Shown piece after piece: positions 30,131 through 42,705 of a stretch of DNA of 64,000 nt (its first letter is position 1; the number at the start of each line of letters is the position of its first letter). Made by a program: the position numbers and the translations under genes. The notes beneath the pieces were generated by a model. It did not search any database, was not told the DNA's origin, and saw nothing but the letters and a program-made list of their open reading frames with translations. This DNA is from Scyliorhinus canicula (taxonomy: Eukaryota), in contig NC_052167.1 of assembly GCF_902713615.1 (NCBI RefSeq), positions 19,582,690 through 19,646,689 on the forward strand, read 5' to 3'.

Positions 30131-30654
30131 CTTCGCCTAGCCCCAATGCACAAAATCTTATGAGACGAAAATATCTTCCTCACAAGCTGAAACAGAATTT
30201 AGTAGTTCTCTCCCCGAATGGTTTTCTGACCAAGTCACAAGCGCAATGGAAATTGAAGCTTCCACTTTATGAATTTGACAAGATTGAATTCACACTGTAC
30301 GCCATTTGTGTGGGTTGAACTCCAGCTATTGATGGCCACCTACAGGAGGCCGATTGATCCTTTGTCAGCTTTCTGTAAGTGACCATTACCATGTAATTAC
30401 ACCATGCATTCTCACTATCTGCACACAAGTACCTCTCCATAACTCCCACTTCAGCCCACTGCAGGATTCAGCTCGTTTGTTAATCAAGTTGGTCATCCTT
30501 TTTTTAAAAATAAATGAAATTGAAAACCCATTTAGGGATAACACCAAGAGATTGGGGCTGTTTGGCGTGTAAATCCCTTGAATGTCTCAGTTTATTTGCT
30601 GGCTCATAGCTTCGACACAAATTTTCCTACTTCAAACCTCATTTCGTCAGGGAA

Positions 30655-33455
30655 AGGTTTTTTTATTAAGATTTTCCATTTTTACAAATAATGCAACAAA
30701 CCCTCAAAACTAGTACAGTAAAGTAAATGCTTCTATGTACAGAAATATGGAGAGGTTGGTTCAGTGTAATCATTAAACTTGTTGCTTCCGTTTATAAAAG
30801 GAAATAGATAAGCTCGAGAATGGGGAGAAAGAGGATAATGCCTTGTAAACAGGGTAAAATGGTGCCCACTTACACTTACTCATGCAGTTAAAGAAAATAA
30901 AGTATAAGATTTTCAGGTCCCGTTCGGGCTGCATTCGAACATACCTCCCCCAATTCCAAATACAGTATACCAAAGGCACCAATGACACATCATAATGTCT
31001 TTTTCTCAGATATGAAACCTGCCTGTACCTTTACAGGAGCCATTTTAACGATTCAATTTGCAAACAAAATATTTGCAAAGGCATCAGTTCAAATTGGGCA
31101 TTTTAAATTTAACCACGAGATGCAACAAGTCTGGTACAGTGCAGGGAGGTTATTATTCCACATACAGAAAAGACCAGCAGATATTCATACAATTGGTTCA
31201 GGTTACAATTACGGTCATCGCTATAGTCGGCGGCGTCTTTCATACAGAAAATGAAAGAATATCTCAGGATAACGGGATAAAGCCATGAGCACATGGCACC
31301 ATGGTATACATCCTCCTCCACAGGACAAGAACAGAGCTACAGAATATAGGGGATCTCTTTTGGAGCAAAATACAACCAACCGGGATGTAACTCAGCATCC
31401 CAAGACCTCCAAACAATAAAAGGATACCCCAGAAAAAGGGGAACAACAGGAAATGTGGCGACTAGGGGATTTTCACAGTAACTTCATTTGAAGCCTACTT
31501 GTGACAATAAGCGATTTTCATTTTTCATAGCAAACAGGATACTGCATCCCCAGGGGAACCAAATCTCAAGGCGAGTAATCCAGAAGACCCTAAAGGGGAG
31601 ACATCTCGGGGGGACCTGGTAAACAGTTACTCAGTCCTAACTCTCAATCGGGCTAATCCAGAATCAAAGACCCATTAGAATCGGGGCCAAAAGGCCAAGG
31701 ATACCCACATCACTCTTTCACATTGAACAAAGCAAACCACCTTCGTCTCTAAGCGTCCCAGAGGCACCACGTAGACCCTGCCATCAACGTGATTCTACCC
31801 ATTTCCCCTCATCTACCCATTTCCCCTCAAAGAAACCCTAACAACAGGATGATATACCCACTGTGCATTCCATGAGCCAAGTAATCAAGTAACGACTGTC
31901 ACTACCCGTGCAGCCAAATAAATATAGATGGCCAACCCAAGAAAGACCAGATAGCCAAGGAATAATAACCCACCACACCTAGGCATGTACCAGTACATAT
32001 TTCATCTCATTCCAACAACAGAAAACAAAAGGAACCTAGTCTTTTCGACGATACATGATCTGTCTGTACCTTAGTAGAATAGTAAGGAATGCAAAAATAA
32101 CCAGAGTATAAAAGAAAAATATGATACAATAGTTTGAACGGGGGATTTCCCCACCCACAGTAAAGCCAACCAACCACCTAAACACTAAACTACCTACCAC
32201 CACCCATCTATGGTGCTACTCATCTCACCTATAAATAAAGTCAAGGGTACCAAGAAATGTACTCCCTCAGTGTAAAAGCAAGGATTACAGTACAAAAAGG
32301 ACAGGTAAATACTGCACAACCGTTGTGCCACACAACTCAGCATGATTTCCACATTACAACAGGCAACAAGCACCTCTGTGCTCATATATCATGCCATATC
32401 TGGATAAAAGGCAACAACAGAACTGATATAATTACAAGGAAATGAAGTTCCAGATTAACGATGAAGCACAGAATAATATAACCATCCATGGAGCTTGAAA
32501 AGGACAAAGCATTGACAGGACCATCAAGCAACATTCCGAATCCATCCAGAGTTTCTGGGCCCCGGATTGTGGCGAAGACCCTTCGCGTCCGGCCGCCTCC
32601 AACCCTTCTCGACAAACATGGAGGACAAGGCCAGCCATCGGAATCCGTGACCTCCCCCAGGCCTCGAAGACTGGATACAATGCACGCTCCATCTAACTTG
32701 AAACACCCAGCCTTCAAATCAAGATTGTGAAAGCGTAGCAAAGAGTCCTCAAATTCAGCTGGGAGTTCATCCTTAGCTCCCTTTGGGAAAGCAGGCGCAA
32801 GGACACTCCCTGCCAGCCCCATCTCCCTGAATCGACCAGGATGTTCGACATACTGTGCAGCAGGATTTCCGAGGGCTGAAGGTGGGTCGCCAACCAAGGA
32901 AACTGCTCGATCGACTGGCAGGATTCTCTTCTCCACTTCATCCATTCTCTCGAGGATATTTTCAGGTCTTAATTGTGAGTATCAGCAAACTGTGCTGGGG
33001 AGCAGAGACCATTGTCCACGACTTCAGCACAATGGCAGCCACCATCTTAACACCAACGGCATCGCCAAAGCGTCAGCCTGCTGACCAGCGGAAGTGCCAC
33101 TACGAACTGGACACTTCCCATGCCGTCTCCGATCAAATAAAGATTTTCTTGAATCTGCTCTCCTTTGCCAAAATTTAGCCAGGAACACAACGCAGGATTT
33201 TAAAAAGGAGCTGGTTTAGCACACAGGGATAAATCGCTGGCTTTTAAAGCAGACCAAGGCAGGCCAGCAGCACGGTTCAATTTCCGTACCAGCCTCCCCG
33301 AACAGGCGCCAGAATGTGGCGACTAGGGGCTTTTCACAGTAATTTCATTTGAAGCCTACTTGTGACAATAAGCGATTTTCATTTCATTTCAAGAGATAAG
33401 TAGTGCCGGAGCTCGCGAAAAAGCAGCCGCTCCCACACTTACATCACATGGCCCC
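30655..33455 (-). mobile_element. Older, heavily decayed L1-like element, head-to-head with the + strand L1
   Basis: AATAAA and A-rich end at 30658-30667 (minus); ORF1-like remnants in ORFs 32382-32945 and 32432-32692; interrupted by SINE copies. Confidence 0.45.
33207..33390 (+). mobile_element. Second tRNA-derived SINE family (copies at about 490-690, 61718-61899; partial at 31449-31525 and 61395-61500)
   Basis: Near-identical copies: ggttcaattcccgtaccagc...gtggcgactaggggcttttcacagtaacttcatt...gtgacaataag, with a (catttt)n-like tail. Confidence 0.85.
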
Positions 33456-33459
33456 CACA

Positions 33460-36217
33460 GGGAAATTGTTTTGATTGGAAGTGGATCGAGCGCATAGGTA
33501 TCTGAGGCAGAAGCCTAGAGCTGGGGAGCCGCCGCGGGCGATGATTGTGAGGCTCCGTCAATTTGTGGAGAAAGAGAAAATTCTGCGGTGGGCCAGGGAG
33601 AAGCGTAGCTGCGACTGGGAGGGAAGTAACGTCCGGATTTATCAGGACATTGGAGCAGAGTTGGGAAAATGGAGGGCAAGTTTCAACAAGGCCAAGGCGG
33701 TGCTGTATCGGCAGCAGATCAGGTTTGGGGTGCTCTAGCCTGCAAAATTATGGGTGACGTTCGGAGGCCGGGAGTATTATTTCGAGACCCCAGAAGCGGC
33801 CGAAGACTTTATTAAGGAGCATAAACTGGGGGAGAACTGAGAAGACAATGCTTGGGAACCGGGGTGCTGGCACTATGTAATGGTCGGGAGCATGTTTGAA
33901 GTGGGTGGAGTTCAGGAGAAGTCTTTGTTTGGGTGGGAGAGGGTAAGACCAGCAGGAGGCCGCCTTCTTTGAGCTGAGTGGGGGGTTGTGGGAAGAGGGA
34001 GGGGGAGGTCATTAGGATGTGCCTTTGGGCAGGGGCAGCCACGCTAACAGGTTATGCTGGTGAACGGAAGTGAAGTGGTGGGGGAGAAGGCCACGAGAGA
34101 TGGCCGGGGTGAGGGGGGAAAGGGAAAGTGTGGGGGGGGACATGGGAAGTGGGGGGGGGGAAAGAAGGGGAAAAGCGGGAGGGGGGGTTGCGACTCAGCA
34201 GGGGTGAGAGATGACATGGTCATGGGCGAAGGGGCCACCTGGGATGGGCTAGGTACAGACTGGAATTAAAGGGGCAGGAGTTAAGTGGGGAAGGTGACGG
34301 ACGGTAGAGGGGATTGGAGGCGTAAGCCTCTGGTAAGGGTGGTAATGTGGAACATCCGGGGACTGAACGGGCCGGTTAAAAGGTCACAGGTGTTCACGCA
34401 CCTCAGGAGATTGAAAGCGGGGATCTTTTTGCAGGAGACACACCTCCGTGTGAAGGACCAGGTTAAGTTAAGGAAAGGGTGGGTTGGGCAGGTTTTTCCA
34501 CTCAGGGTGTGATTCGAAATCGAGGAGTGTGGCGATTTTAATGAGCAAAAAAATAGGATTCGTGAGTGCGAAGGAGGTGAGGGATCCAGGTGGGAGATAT
34601 GTGATTGTGATTGGGGTATTAGAAGGGGCACCGGTATTGTTGGTAAATGTGTATGCCCCAAATTGGAATGATGTGGGTTTAATGAGGGGGTTGCTGGCAG
34701 CAATCCCAGATTTGGAGACGTACCAGTTGATCATGGGAGGAGAATTTAACTGTGTCCTGGAGCCAAGGGTGGATAGATCAAGCCCCAGGTCGATGGGTAG
34801 GGTACGAATGGCAAGGGAGCTGGAGGTTTATGGAGAGGATGGGTATGGTGGATCCATGGCGCTTTCAGAATCCAGGGGGAAGGGAGTATTCCTTCTTTTC
34901 ACACGCCTATAAGGTGTATTCGAGGATTGATTACTTTGTAGTGAGTCGGGAGATTTTGGTTGGGGTGGAGGGGGCAGTGTATGTCGGGATAATTATCTCG
35001 AACCATGCTGGATAATCGGTCAGTACGGGACGAGAGCAGAGGCCGGGGTGGAGGTTTGACTCGGAGTTATTGGCGGATGGAGGTTTTTGTGATAAGGTGC
35101 GGTTGGCCATTTGGGATTATGTGTAGTTCAATCAGAATGGGGAAGTGTCGGCGGGCATTTTTAGGGAAGCACTGAAGGCAGAGGTCCGGGGAGAAATTAT
35201 CTCATTTACGGTTCGTGCAAATAAGTAAAGGAGGGCAGAACATGACAGTCTAGTGAGCAAGATAGTGGAAGTGGACAGGGAATATTCGAGGGCAATTTGA
35301 CAGGCTGACAACGGGGAGTGTGGTAGGGCAACTGCGTAGGGCAAGAGGGGTGCAGTACAAGTATGGGGAGAATGTGAGCTGCATGCTGGTGCACGAGCTG
35401 TGGAAACGCTGCGTCCAGGGAAATATTGAAGATCCAGACTGGGGCTGGGGATGTGGTGTCAGAGCCAGGGAAGATAAATGAGAGTATTACTAGGGACTTT
35501 ATGAGGTAGACCCAGGAGGAGGAGAGGGACATGGGGTGATTTCTGGACGAGCTGGAATTTCCCCAGGTGGAGGAAGCAAAGAGGCAGGCGTTGGAGGAGC
35601 CCCTGGGGCTGAGGGAGGTGCTGAAGTATCAGGGGTATGAAGTCGGGGAAGGCCCCTGGGCCGGATGGATACCCGGCAGAATTTTATAAGGAATTTGCAG
35701 CGGATCTGTCACCACGTCTGTTGGGGGCGTTTAATGAAGCACTGGAGAAGGGGGAGTTGCCGGAGACGATGAAGCAGGCAGTAATCACACTAATCCCAAA
35801 AAGAGGAAGGATCCGGTGGAATATGGATCGTAAAGACCCATATCACTATTGAACACGGATGTGAAAGTATTGGCTAAGTTGTTGGCGGGGAGGATGGATG
35901 ATTTTGTCCCGGGGGCGGTTGCAGAAGATCAAACAGGCTTCGTGATGGGCAGGCCACCGGGAATAGCAGCATGATTGGGTGACCTGTACGAGTTCCTGCG
36001 GTTAGAGAAGATAAAGTATGAGTTAAGGGACTCAGCAGGGGAGTTTCAGAAAAGGTGGGGGATGTTTGTGACCGTATTTGAGGAGCTGTTCGTCACCGGG
36101 GGGGGGAGGAGAGAGAGAGAGATATCATCTGTACAAACTGTATAGTTGATTGTTGGAAAGAATGTTTCCCGGGGTATTAATTTGCTGTAACTACTTTGAT
36201 ACAAGTTTGAATAAAAT
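33460..36217 (+). mobile_element. L1-clade LINE relic: ORF1 C-terminal half, APE endonuclease and start of RT, then an internal deletion to the 3' end
   Basis: EVDRAHR...PPRAMIVRL...IYQD (L1 ORF1p); WNIRGLN...FLQETH, NVYAPN, YSRIDY (endonuclease); KSGKAPGPDGYPAEFYK (RT); frameshifts and stops; AATAAA at 36210-36215. Confidence 0.9.
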
Positions 36218-37828
36218 GCGTGAAAGTCTCCAGAGATTTTCTCCAAAGTCTTGGGCTTTACAACATCAGGATCAGACTACATACTGTCATATTAAGGGTG
36301 AGAATAATTAATACAGTTTTACCAAGCCTGACCAGCATTTTTAGGTATTTTCAGGCGTTGTTGCTCCTATCAACAATCTTGTAATGTCTTTGCAATGCTG
36401 TGACAGGGAATGTTTCAAACCTTACAGAACCACCTATAAACTGTTATTTTTAATGCATCAAGTCACAGCACCATAAAAAGTACATTGATGTACAGAAAGC
36501 GCAAGACAGGTCCAAGCTGAAAAGGAAGTATGGGAGGAAGATTAAAGGAATTCAAGTTGCAGTTAAAATAGGTGGCAGTGAAGGTGAACATAGCAAGCTA
36601 CACAAAATCATAATTAGCAGGAAAAGCCAGGGTATTACCTCCAACTAAAATAGGTTATAGCTGGTTATGTTTCATCAACATTTCAATTTTAGCTACAAAG
36701 CTTCACAAAATTTGGGTGCAGCTAGAACCTTGGTATCTCATCGATTATCTTCAAGTCTTCTATCTTACAGTCAGTGGAGACACCGCATGCATGTTTGCAC
36801 AGGATTGTCCGGCTTTTTGTCGTTTACTCCCATCATTTACCCAAACAAAGTGGCCTTGATTTCGTCGGTCCTCATTACTGTCCCAAACATTCCATTGGAA
36901 AGAATAAAATTCAGGCACAGTCATCACACCCACGTTAAATGAGCCAACTCTATGGCATTATCTCTCTGACAGTTGTATATATGGAGTCAGACATTTTGAA
37001 CAGTACAACATGCAAACTCTGTCTTCTCTTTCCAGAAAACTTTTGTTCCCCCGAAAGCCATTTAGAAGTAGGCACTAGGGTTCTGAAAATTATCGTATGA
37101 CTATTTGCAAGGTAAATCGTTTTGAATGGCACAGAGCATTGTCCAAGATATTTACTTGTCAGGCTACAGAATACTCCCTAGTTAGTTATGTTGGGACACT
37201 GCAAATTCGATGTTCCCTTAGCAATGGCTCCAAGATTAATGGCCCCATGTGAGCATGTCTCAAATACTTTGACTGCTCTATAAGGACCAGATGTTTCCAC
37301 TCACACCCCCGGTGGGTTGGATTGCAAGGCGTGGAAGTGTGTGAAACTGCAGGGAGGGGACTCCCTCCAGGATTCCGCCCACCTTGCCGTGGTGAAGATT
37401 TAATGATAGGGTGGGCAGGATCTCTGAGGGGAGCCCGTCCTTATCCCAACTGTGGCCCAAGGGGCCTCTTGCTGCCTAGCCTCAAATCCTGGGGGGGCGG
37501 ATTGAATGGAAGCACCCCACGTCTCCTCGGGATCCATACCACTTACCTGTCTTCCGGTTCCTGGAACTTAGTTACAGGCAGTTCCCTGCAGTGGTTCTTC
37601 CGGCCACTGCAGCGCTGTGCCAGGAGGAACTTGAGTGCTGACGACCATGTTATTGGCTGGCAGCTCTCCAAAATGGGATGTCTTCCCCAGTGAGGACAGA
37701 GGTCCTGCCTGTGCCAATCAACATTCGTTGGGAGTGCGAAATGTCATCAGGGCTGCTGCAGTCGACAAGGAGGTGTCCCAAGCCCCCGCCATCCTGAGAT
37801 GCTCTGCATGTATGACATAGACCGAATG

Positions 37829-37931
37829 ATTGGATTGGATTTGTTTATTGTCACGTGTACCGAGGTACAGTGAAAAGTATTTTTCTGCAAGCAGCTCAAC
37901 AGATCATCAGTACATGGGAAGAAAAGGGAAT
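37829..37931 (-). mobile_element. LINE 3' tail fragment ending in AATAAA plus (CCAAT)n
   Basis: gattggattggatttgtttattgtcacgtgtacc... Confidence 0.5.
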
Positions 37932-38057
37932 TAAACTAGTTAACTAGTTATGTTAACTACGTAAACTAGTTGACTAGTTAAGATCGCTGTGCACATATTT
38001 TCAACCATGTAGGGTAAAATAACTATTCACAGCTGTATACATATATTGAATTTTGAA

Positions 38058-38163
38058 TAAAAGCAAATTACTGTGGATGCTGGAATCTGAAAATAAAGAG
38101 AAAATGCTGGACCTGGCAGCACCTGGCTAATGTTTTGAGTCCAGATGACTCTTTGTCAAAGCT
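38058..38163 (-). mobile_element. Penelope-like terminal fragment, second family, with a decayed UUGACAA hammerhead
   Basis: Minus strand AGCT-TTGACAA-A-GAGTC-atctg-GACTC-aAAA-CAT-T-AGC, followed by the ccagcattttct...cagattccagcatc tail. Confidence 0.55.
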
Positions 38164-38179
38164 ATATTTAATTTTGATG

Positions 38180-38403
38180 GCGGCACGATAGCGCAGTGGT
38201 TAGCATTGGTGCCTCACGGCTCCGAAGACCCGGGATTGATCCTGGTCCCAGGTCACTGTCCGTGTGGAGTTTGCACATTCTCCCCATGTCTGAATGGGTC
38301 TCACCCCCACAACCGAAAACATGTGCAGGCTAGGTGGATTGGCCACACAAAATTGCCCCTTATTCGGGAAAAGAAATTGGGCATTCTTCATTTAATTTTT
38401 TTA
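38180..38403 (+). mobile_element. V-SINE short form with AT-rich tail and long TSD. Similar copies at about 3707-3925, 4135-4356, 28330-28540 -, 38484-38680, 41310-41460, 45520-45646 -, 50686-50885, 51039-51240 and 55209-55408
   Basis: Same tRNA head; ends aaattgccccttaattgg then A/T-rich; TSD ATTTAATTTTGATG at 38166-38179 and 38404-38417. Confidence 0.85.
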
Positions 38404-39879
38404 ATTTAATTTTGATGAAATAGGTTTTAAATGACAAATATGCAGCTATAAATTAAGGCGGTCCATTTTAAAATTAAACTTTTCAGGGCTGTACTGTGGC
38501 ACACTGGTTAGTACTGCTGCCTCACGGCATTGAGGACTCAGGTTTGACCCCGGCCTCAAGTCACTGTCCGTGTGGAGTTTGTACATTTTCCGTGTCTGTG
38601 GGTCTTACTCCCGCAACCCAAAAAGATGTGCAGGGTTGGTGGATCGGCCACGCTAAATTGCCCCTTAATTGAAAAAAAAGTTTAAAATTAAACTTTTTGC
38701 GCATGTCTTTATTCTGTTCCAATCGTCACATGAGAATGCAAAACCTACGACCAATCTCTTGACATGACTATTTCAAAATTTCATCCCATGTTATCAAAAT
38801 TATAACAAATTATACTTCAGAAAATATTTGTGTTATAAAGCTGTAACAACGCTCTTCCTGATCTGATCTAACTTTATTGGTCTACAAAGCCAATCAGACT
38901 GCCAGCCCATAACTGGGCATGCAAATTACAGACCAATATGTTCCACTGCTCAGTGAGATATTCCACAATGTAATAGAGAGGCAACAAATATACTATTTAT
39001 CCTGATTTCCCTGTGTGTCTCCAACATAGTCCAGAATCTCTTTTGCATGCTGCTCTTTTCCAGTATATTCATCTTCCTAATGTCTGACCATAGTACAGCA
39101 CAGATGTTAAAGAGAAAAAGTAGCATTTTTAATGACCAGGCTAACATCATACTTAATGAATTAGGTCTCCAATCTCCACATAATGGACCAGATCTCAGAA
39201 AATTATTACTGAATGACCTCCATTGGTTTGTTAAAGCAATTAACACAACTTCCGGACAATAAACCCAGACTGAAGCTTATACTTAAGCAGTTAATGAAGT
39301 GAGCAAAGCATTAAGCAGCTGCCTCAAACCAAAATTATTTCACAAAACATAATCACCCAAGGTTATTCTGGCTTGCGAGCTACTGTACTATCTATACCCA
39401 GCTGAGACACAGCAATTCAGAGCCTCCGAGTTTCATACACAGATTAGTATCGCTTTTATTAATCTGGACAGCATGCCATTCAAACAGTAGATCCATCGGC
39501 TGGTGGTGCACAGCTTCAGCAGCAACTACTGGGCTCTGCAATCTGATCAGGGGAAGCATCAGACCTGCACATACGAATGCCAAACCTTCCAGTAACATTT
39601 CCCAGTTGCCCTAGGCTTTGGGATTTCCTAGTCATCTATATGATGAGCAGCCTTCTTCATGTGGCGTGAGGGGCAAGGAACATGAGAATGGTCCAAACAA
39701 AAAACAGAAGTCCATCTACTTCATCTTCTACCAGCCTAATGGTACACGAGTTGTTGACTTTATCACTTAGTCTAAAACAAAGGTTGAGCTTTGTGAACCA
39801 CAGGTTAAAAGTCAGCTGCTCCTGAGGTACTGGAACAATTTTGACTAGGAGTGGGGGTCACCGCCTGGGTGAAGCTCCT

Positions 39880-40580
39880 GTACAACGCTCCCAAAGTGAG
39901 TGTCCAAACTAACACCACCAGCTCTGAATACTTCCAGCTACAGAGAGGAAGACAGGGCTGCCCCTGTCCCCACTCTTGTTCGCGTTAGCTATCAAACCCC
40001 TGGCGATAACCCCGCAGGATACAAAAAGCTGGAGGGGAATCTGGAGAGGAGACAGAGAGCACAGAGTCTCACTCTATGCAGATGACCTGCTCCTCTGTGT
40101 CTCAAAACCACAGGAGGGGCTGAAGGCAATACGGCAAATACTGAAATAGTTTGGAACCTTTTTGGGCTACAAATTAACCTGGGCAAAAGTGGGGCATTCC
40201 CAGTGAACTCAAATGGGGGAGTGCAGAGCTGGAGGGGCTCCAGTTTGAAACAACCCAGAACAGATTCCTTTACCTGGGGATCCAGATAGCCAGAGGCTGG
40301 ACACAGATGCACAAGTGAAACCTGACCAGCTTGGTGGGGGAAGTAAAAAAGGACCCACAGTAGGTGGGGCTCACTCCCACTCTCCCTGGCAGGGAGAGTG
40401 CAGATGATCAAGATGAATGTACTGCCGAGGTTCCTCCTCCTGTTTAGATCTATACTGATCTTCATCCCCAAGGCCTTTTTCCAAAATGTGGACGGTCTAA
40501 TCATGGCGTTTGTGTGGGTGGCTAAGAAACCAAGAATTCCTAAACCAACACTGCAAAGAAGGAAGATCAAAGGGGGGCAT
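39880..40580 (+). mobile_element. L1-clade RT fragment
   Basis: EHRVSLYADDLLL near 40058-40096; YLGIQI; IKMNVLPRFLLLF. Confidence 0.85.
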
Positions 40581-41912
40581 CTTATAATAATAATTACAGT
40601 AGAGGTAATTGCTGAGGAAGACATAAAGGAAATCAAATTTTGGATGGATTGAGGTTTGTGTAGAATGGGAATTGAGAACTTAGAACAGAAGAATTGGAGA
40701 ACGTCAAGCCTGGAGATGACTGAAGCTTTGTTAGGGCAGTGACTGACTGATATCATGGAGGAGAAGAAAGTTAGCCTGATGATGATGAACCCGAGGTGAC
40801 ATTTGAAGCAAGGTTCAAGATCAAACAAATCTCTGAGGCCATTTAATACTGGTTCACAAAAGTAAACAGATAGGAAAGGGAGTGGATCAGGATTAAGGTG
40901 CCAGGTTTAGACAACTGCCAAATGATTGACTCAGTGTTGAGCTGGAGAATGTTCTGACTCAAGTCTGCTGATGAACACACAGCTTTAACTCTTCCCTATT
41001 CTTGACATACCCAAAATTGTCCACTGTAGCTAACATCACCAAGAGTCAGCTCATAAACAAAGGGTGGGAGGTGGCTTCTATTGAATATTGGTGAATGCCA
41101 GAGATGTGCAGGCATAAGAGGTGAACCCTTTCCAGGCAGTTTGCTGGCTATTTTTGGAAAACTAGAGACAGAACTATGATGTGGTGTGCCACAAGGAGCA
41201 GCACTTTGCACTGCAGGCAATTTAAATAGCGGTAAACCCCAACTGATGAAAGCGAACTGCAGTTCAAGTGCAGAGGTTAGCCAATAATTTTATTAACTGA
41301 ACCGGTTACGGCGCTGAGGACCTGGGTTTGGTCCCAGCCCCAGGTCACCGTCGGGGTGCAGTTTGCACATTCTCCCTGTGTCTGCGTGGGTCTCAGCCCC
41401 ACAACCCAAAGACGTGCAGAATAGGTGGATTGGCCATGTTAAATTGCCCATTTGTTTTTTTTTAATTAACTGAACCAGCATGTATTCTAATCTAGTTGTC
41501 AGATGGCCGGCAATGTGCATCCTTCATATGTCCTGCTCACTGACATTCACCATGAATTATGGTCCATTGATAATGCTGGTAGTGCGGGATGCAAATTGGT
41601 TTTGAAATGTATTCACGAGAACTGCTCGGAAGTCCTCGCGCTTTTTCCTGGTGCAAAATTAAGTACAGGATTCAACATTACTACAAAACAAATATATCCA
41701 TAACCGTCAATCCAAGCATATTACCACATCCATGAAATGACTCTCAGCATCATTTACTTTAAAATAAATTAATGACTCTTGCTAGAAGAGGACAGTTTCA
41801 GACAAATATTTCAAGAGTCCATGCACAGTATAAATTGGAGGCTACAGCAGTAACACATTCTTCTCCTATGTTCGACATTTTTGGTAAACCTTTGATGTTC
41901 CTCAGAGATAAG

Positions 41913-42705
41913 GGGCGAGATTCTCTGACCCCCCCCCCGGTGGGAGAATCGCCGGGGCCGGCATGAATTCCGCCCCCGCCGTCCTCCCAATTCTCCCGCC
42001 CCCCCATAAACCGACGTGGCGTGAGTCACACCGCCTGCCTCGGAGAATGACGGGGTCCGGCGCGACTCAATGGGCCCCGGGGCTGTCAGGATTCTTCAGC
42101 CCGCAATGGGCCTAAGTCCCGCCCGTTCTATGCCGGTCCCACCAGCGTAAATTGGAGTCGGTCCCTTACCGGCAGGACCTGGCAGCTCGGGAGGGCTCCA
42201 GGTTTCTTGGGGGGGTCGCGGAGGTATTTGGCCCCAGGAGGTGCCCCCACGGTGCCCTGGCCCGCGGTCGGGGCCCACCGATCCGTGGGCGGGCCTGTGC
42301 CGTGGGGGCACTCTATTCCTTCCGCACCGGAGGCCGTGGTCATCCGCCATTCCCGGTGCGGACGTGACTCCATGTGCGCATGCGCAGGGATGATGCCAGG
42401 ATGCACGTGCACGCCCCGACTCGCGCCGGCCGTGGTCATCCACCATTCCCGGTGCAGATGTGACTCCATGTGTGCATGCGTGGGGATGATGCCAGGACGC
42501 ACGTGCACGCCCCGACTCGCTCCTGTTAGCTTGGCACCAGGCCCCTATCCCGCCGGCTGGTGGGGCGCCAACCACTCCGGGGTGGGCCTAGCCCATGAAG
42601 GTGCAGAGGATTCCGCACCTTTGGGGCGGCCCGACACCGGAGTGGTTCACGCCACTCCGTCCTGCCGGGATGCCCCGGCCCACCGGGTATGGGAGAATCC
42701 CGCCC
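41913..42705. mobile_element. PIF/Harbinger-like non-autonomous element (MITE), GC- and CpG-rich
   Basis: 13-bp TIRs GGGCGAGATTCTC (41913-41925) and GAGAATCCCGCCC (42693-42705); 3-bp TSD AAG on both sides. Confidence 0.8.
42332..42523. repeat. 96-bp tandem duplication inside the MITE
   Basis: Units start at 42332 and 42428 (ggccgtggtcatcc...gccccgactcgc); differences are mostly transitions. Confidence 0.9.
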
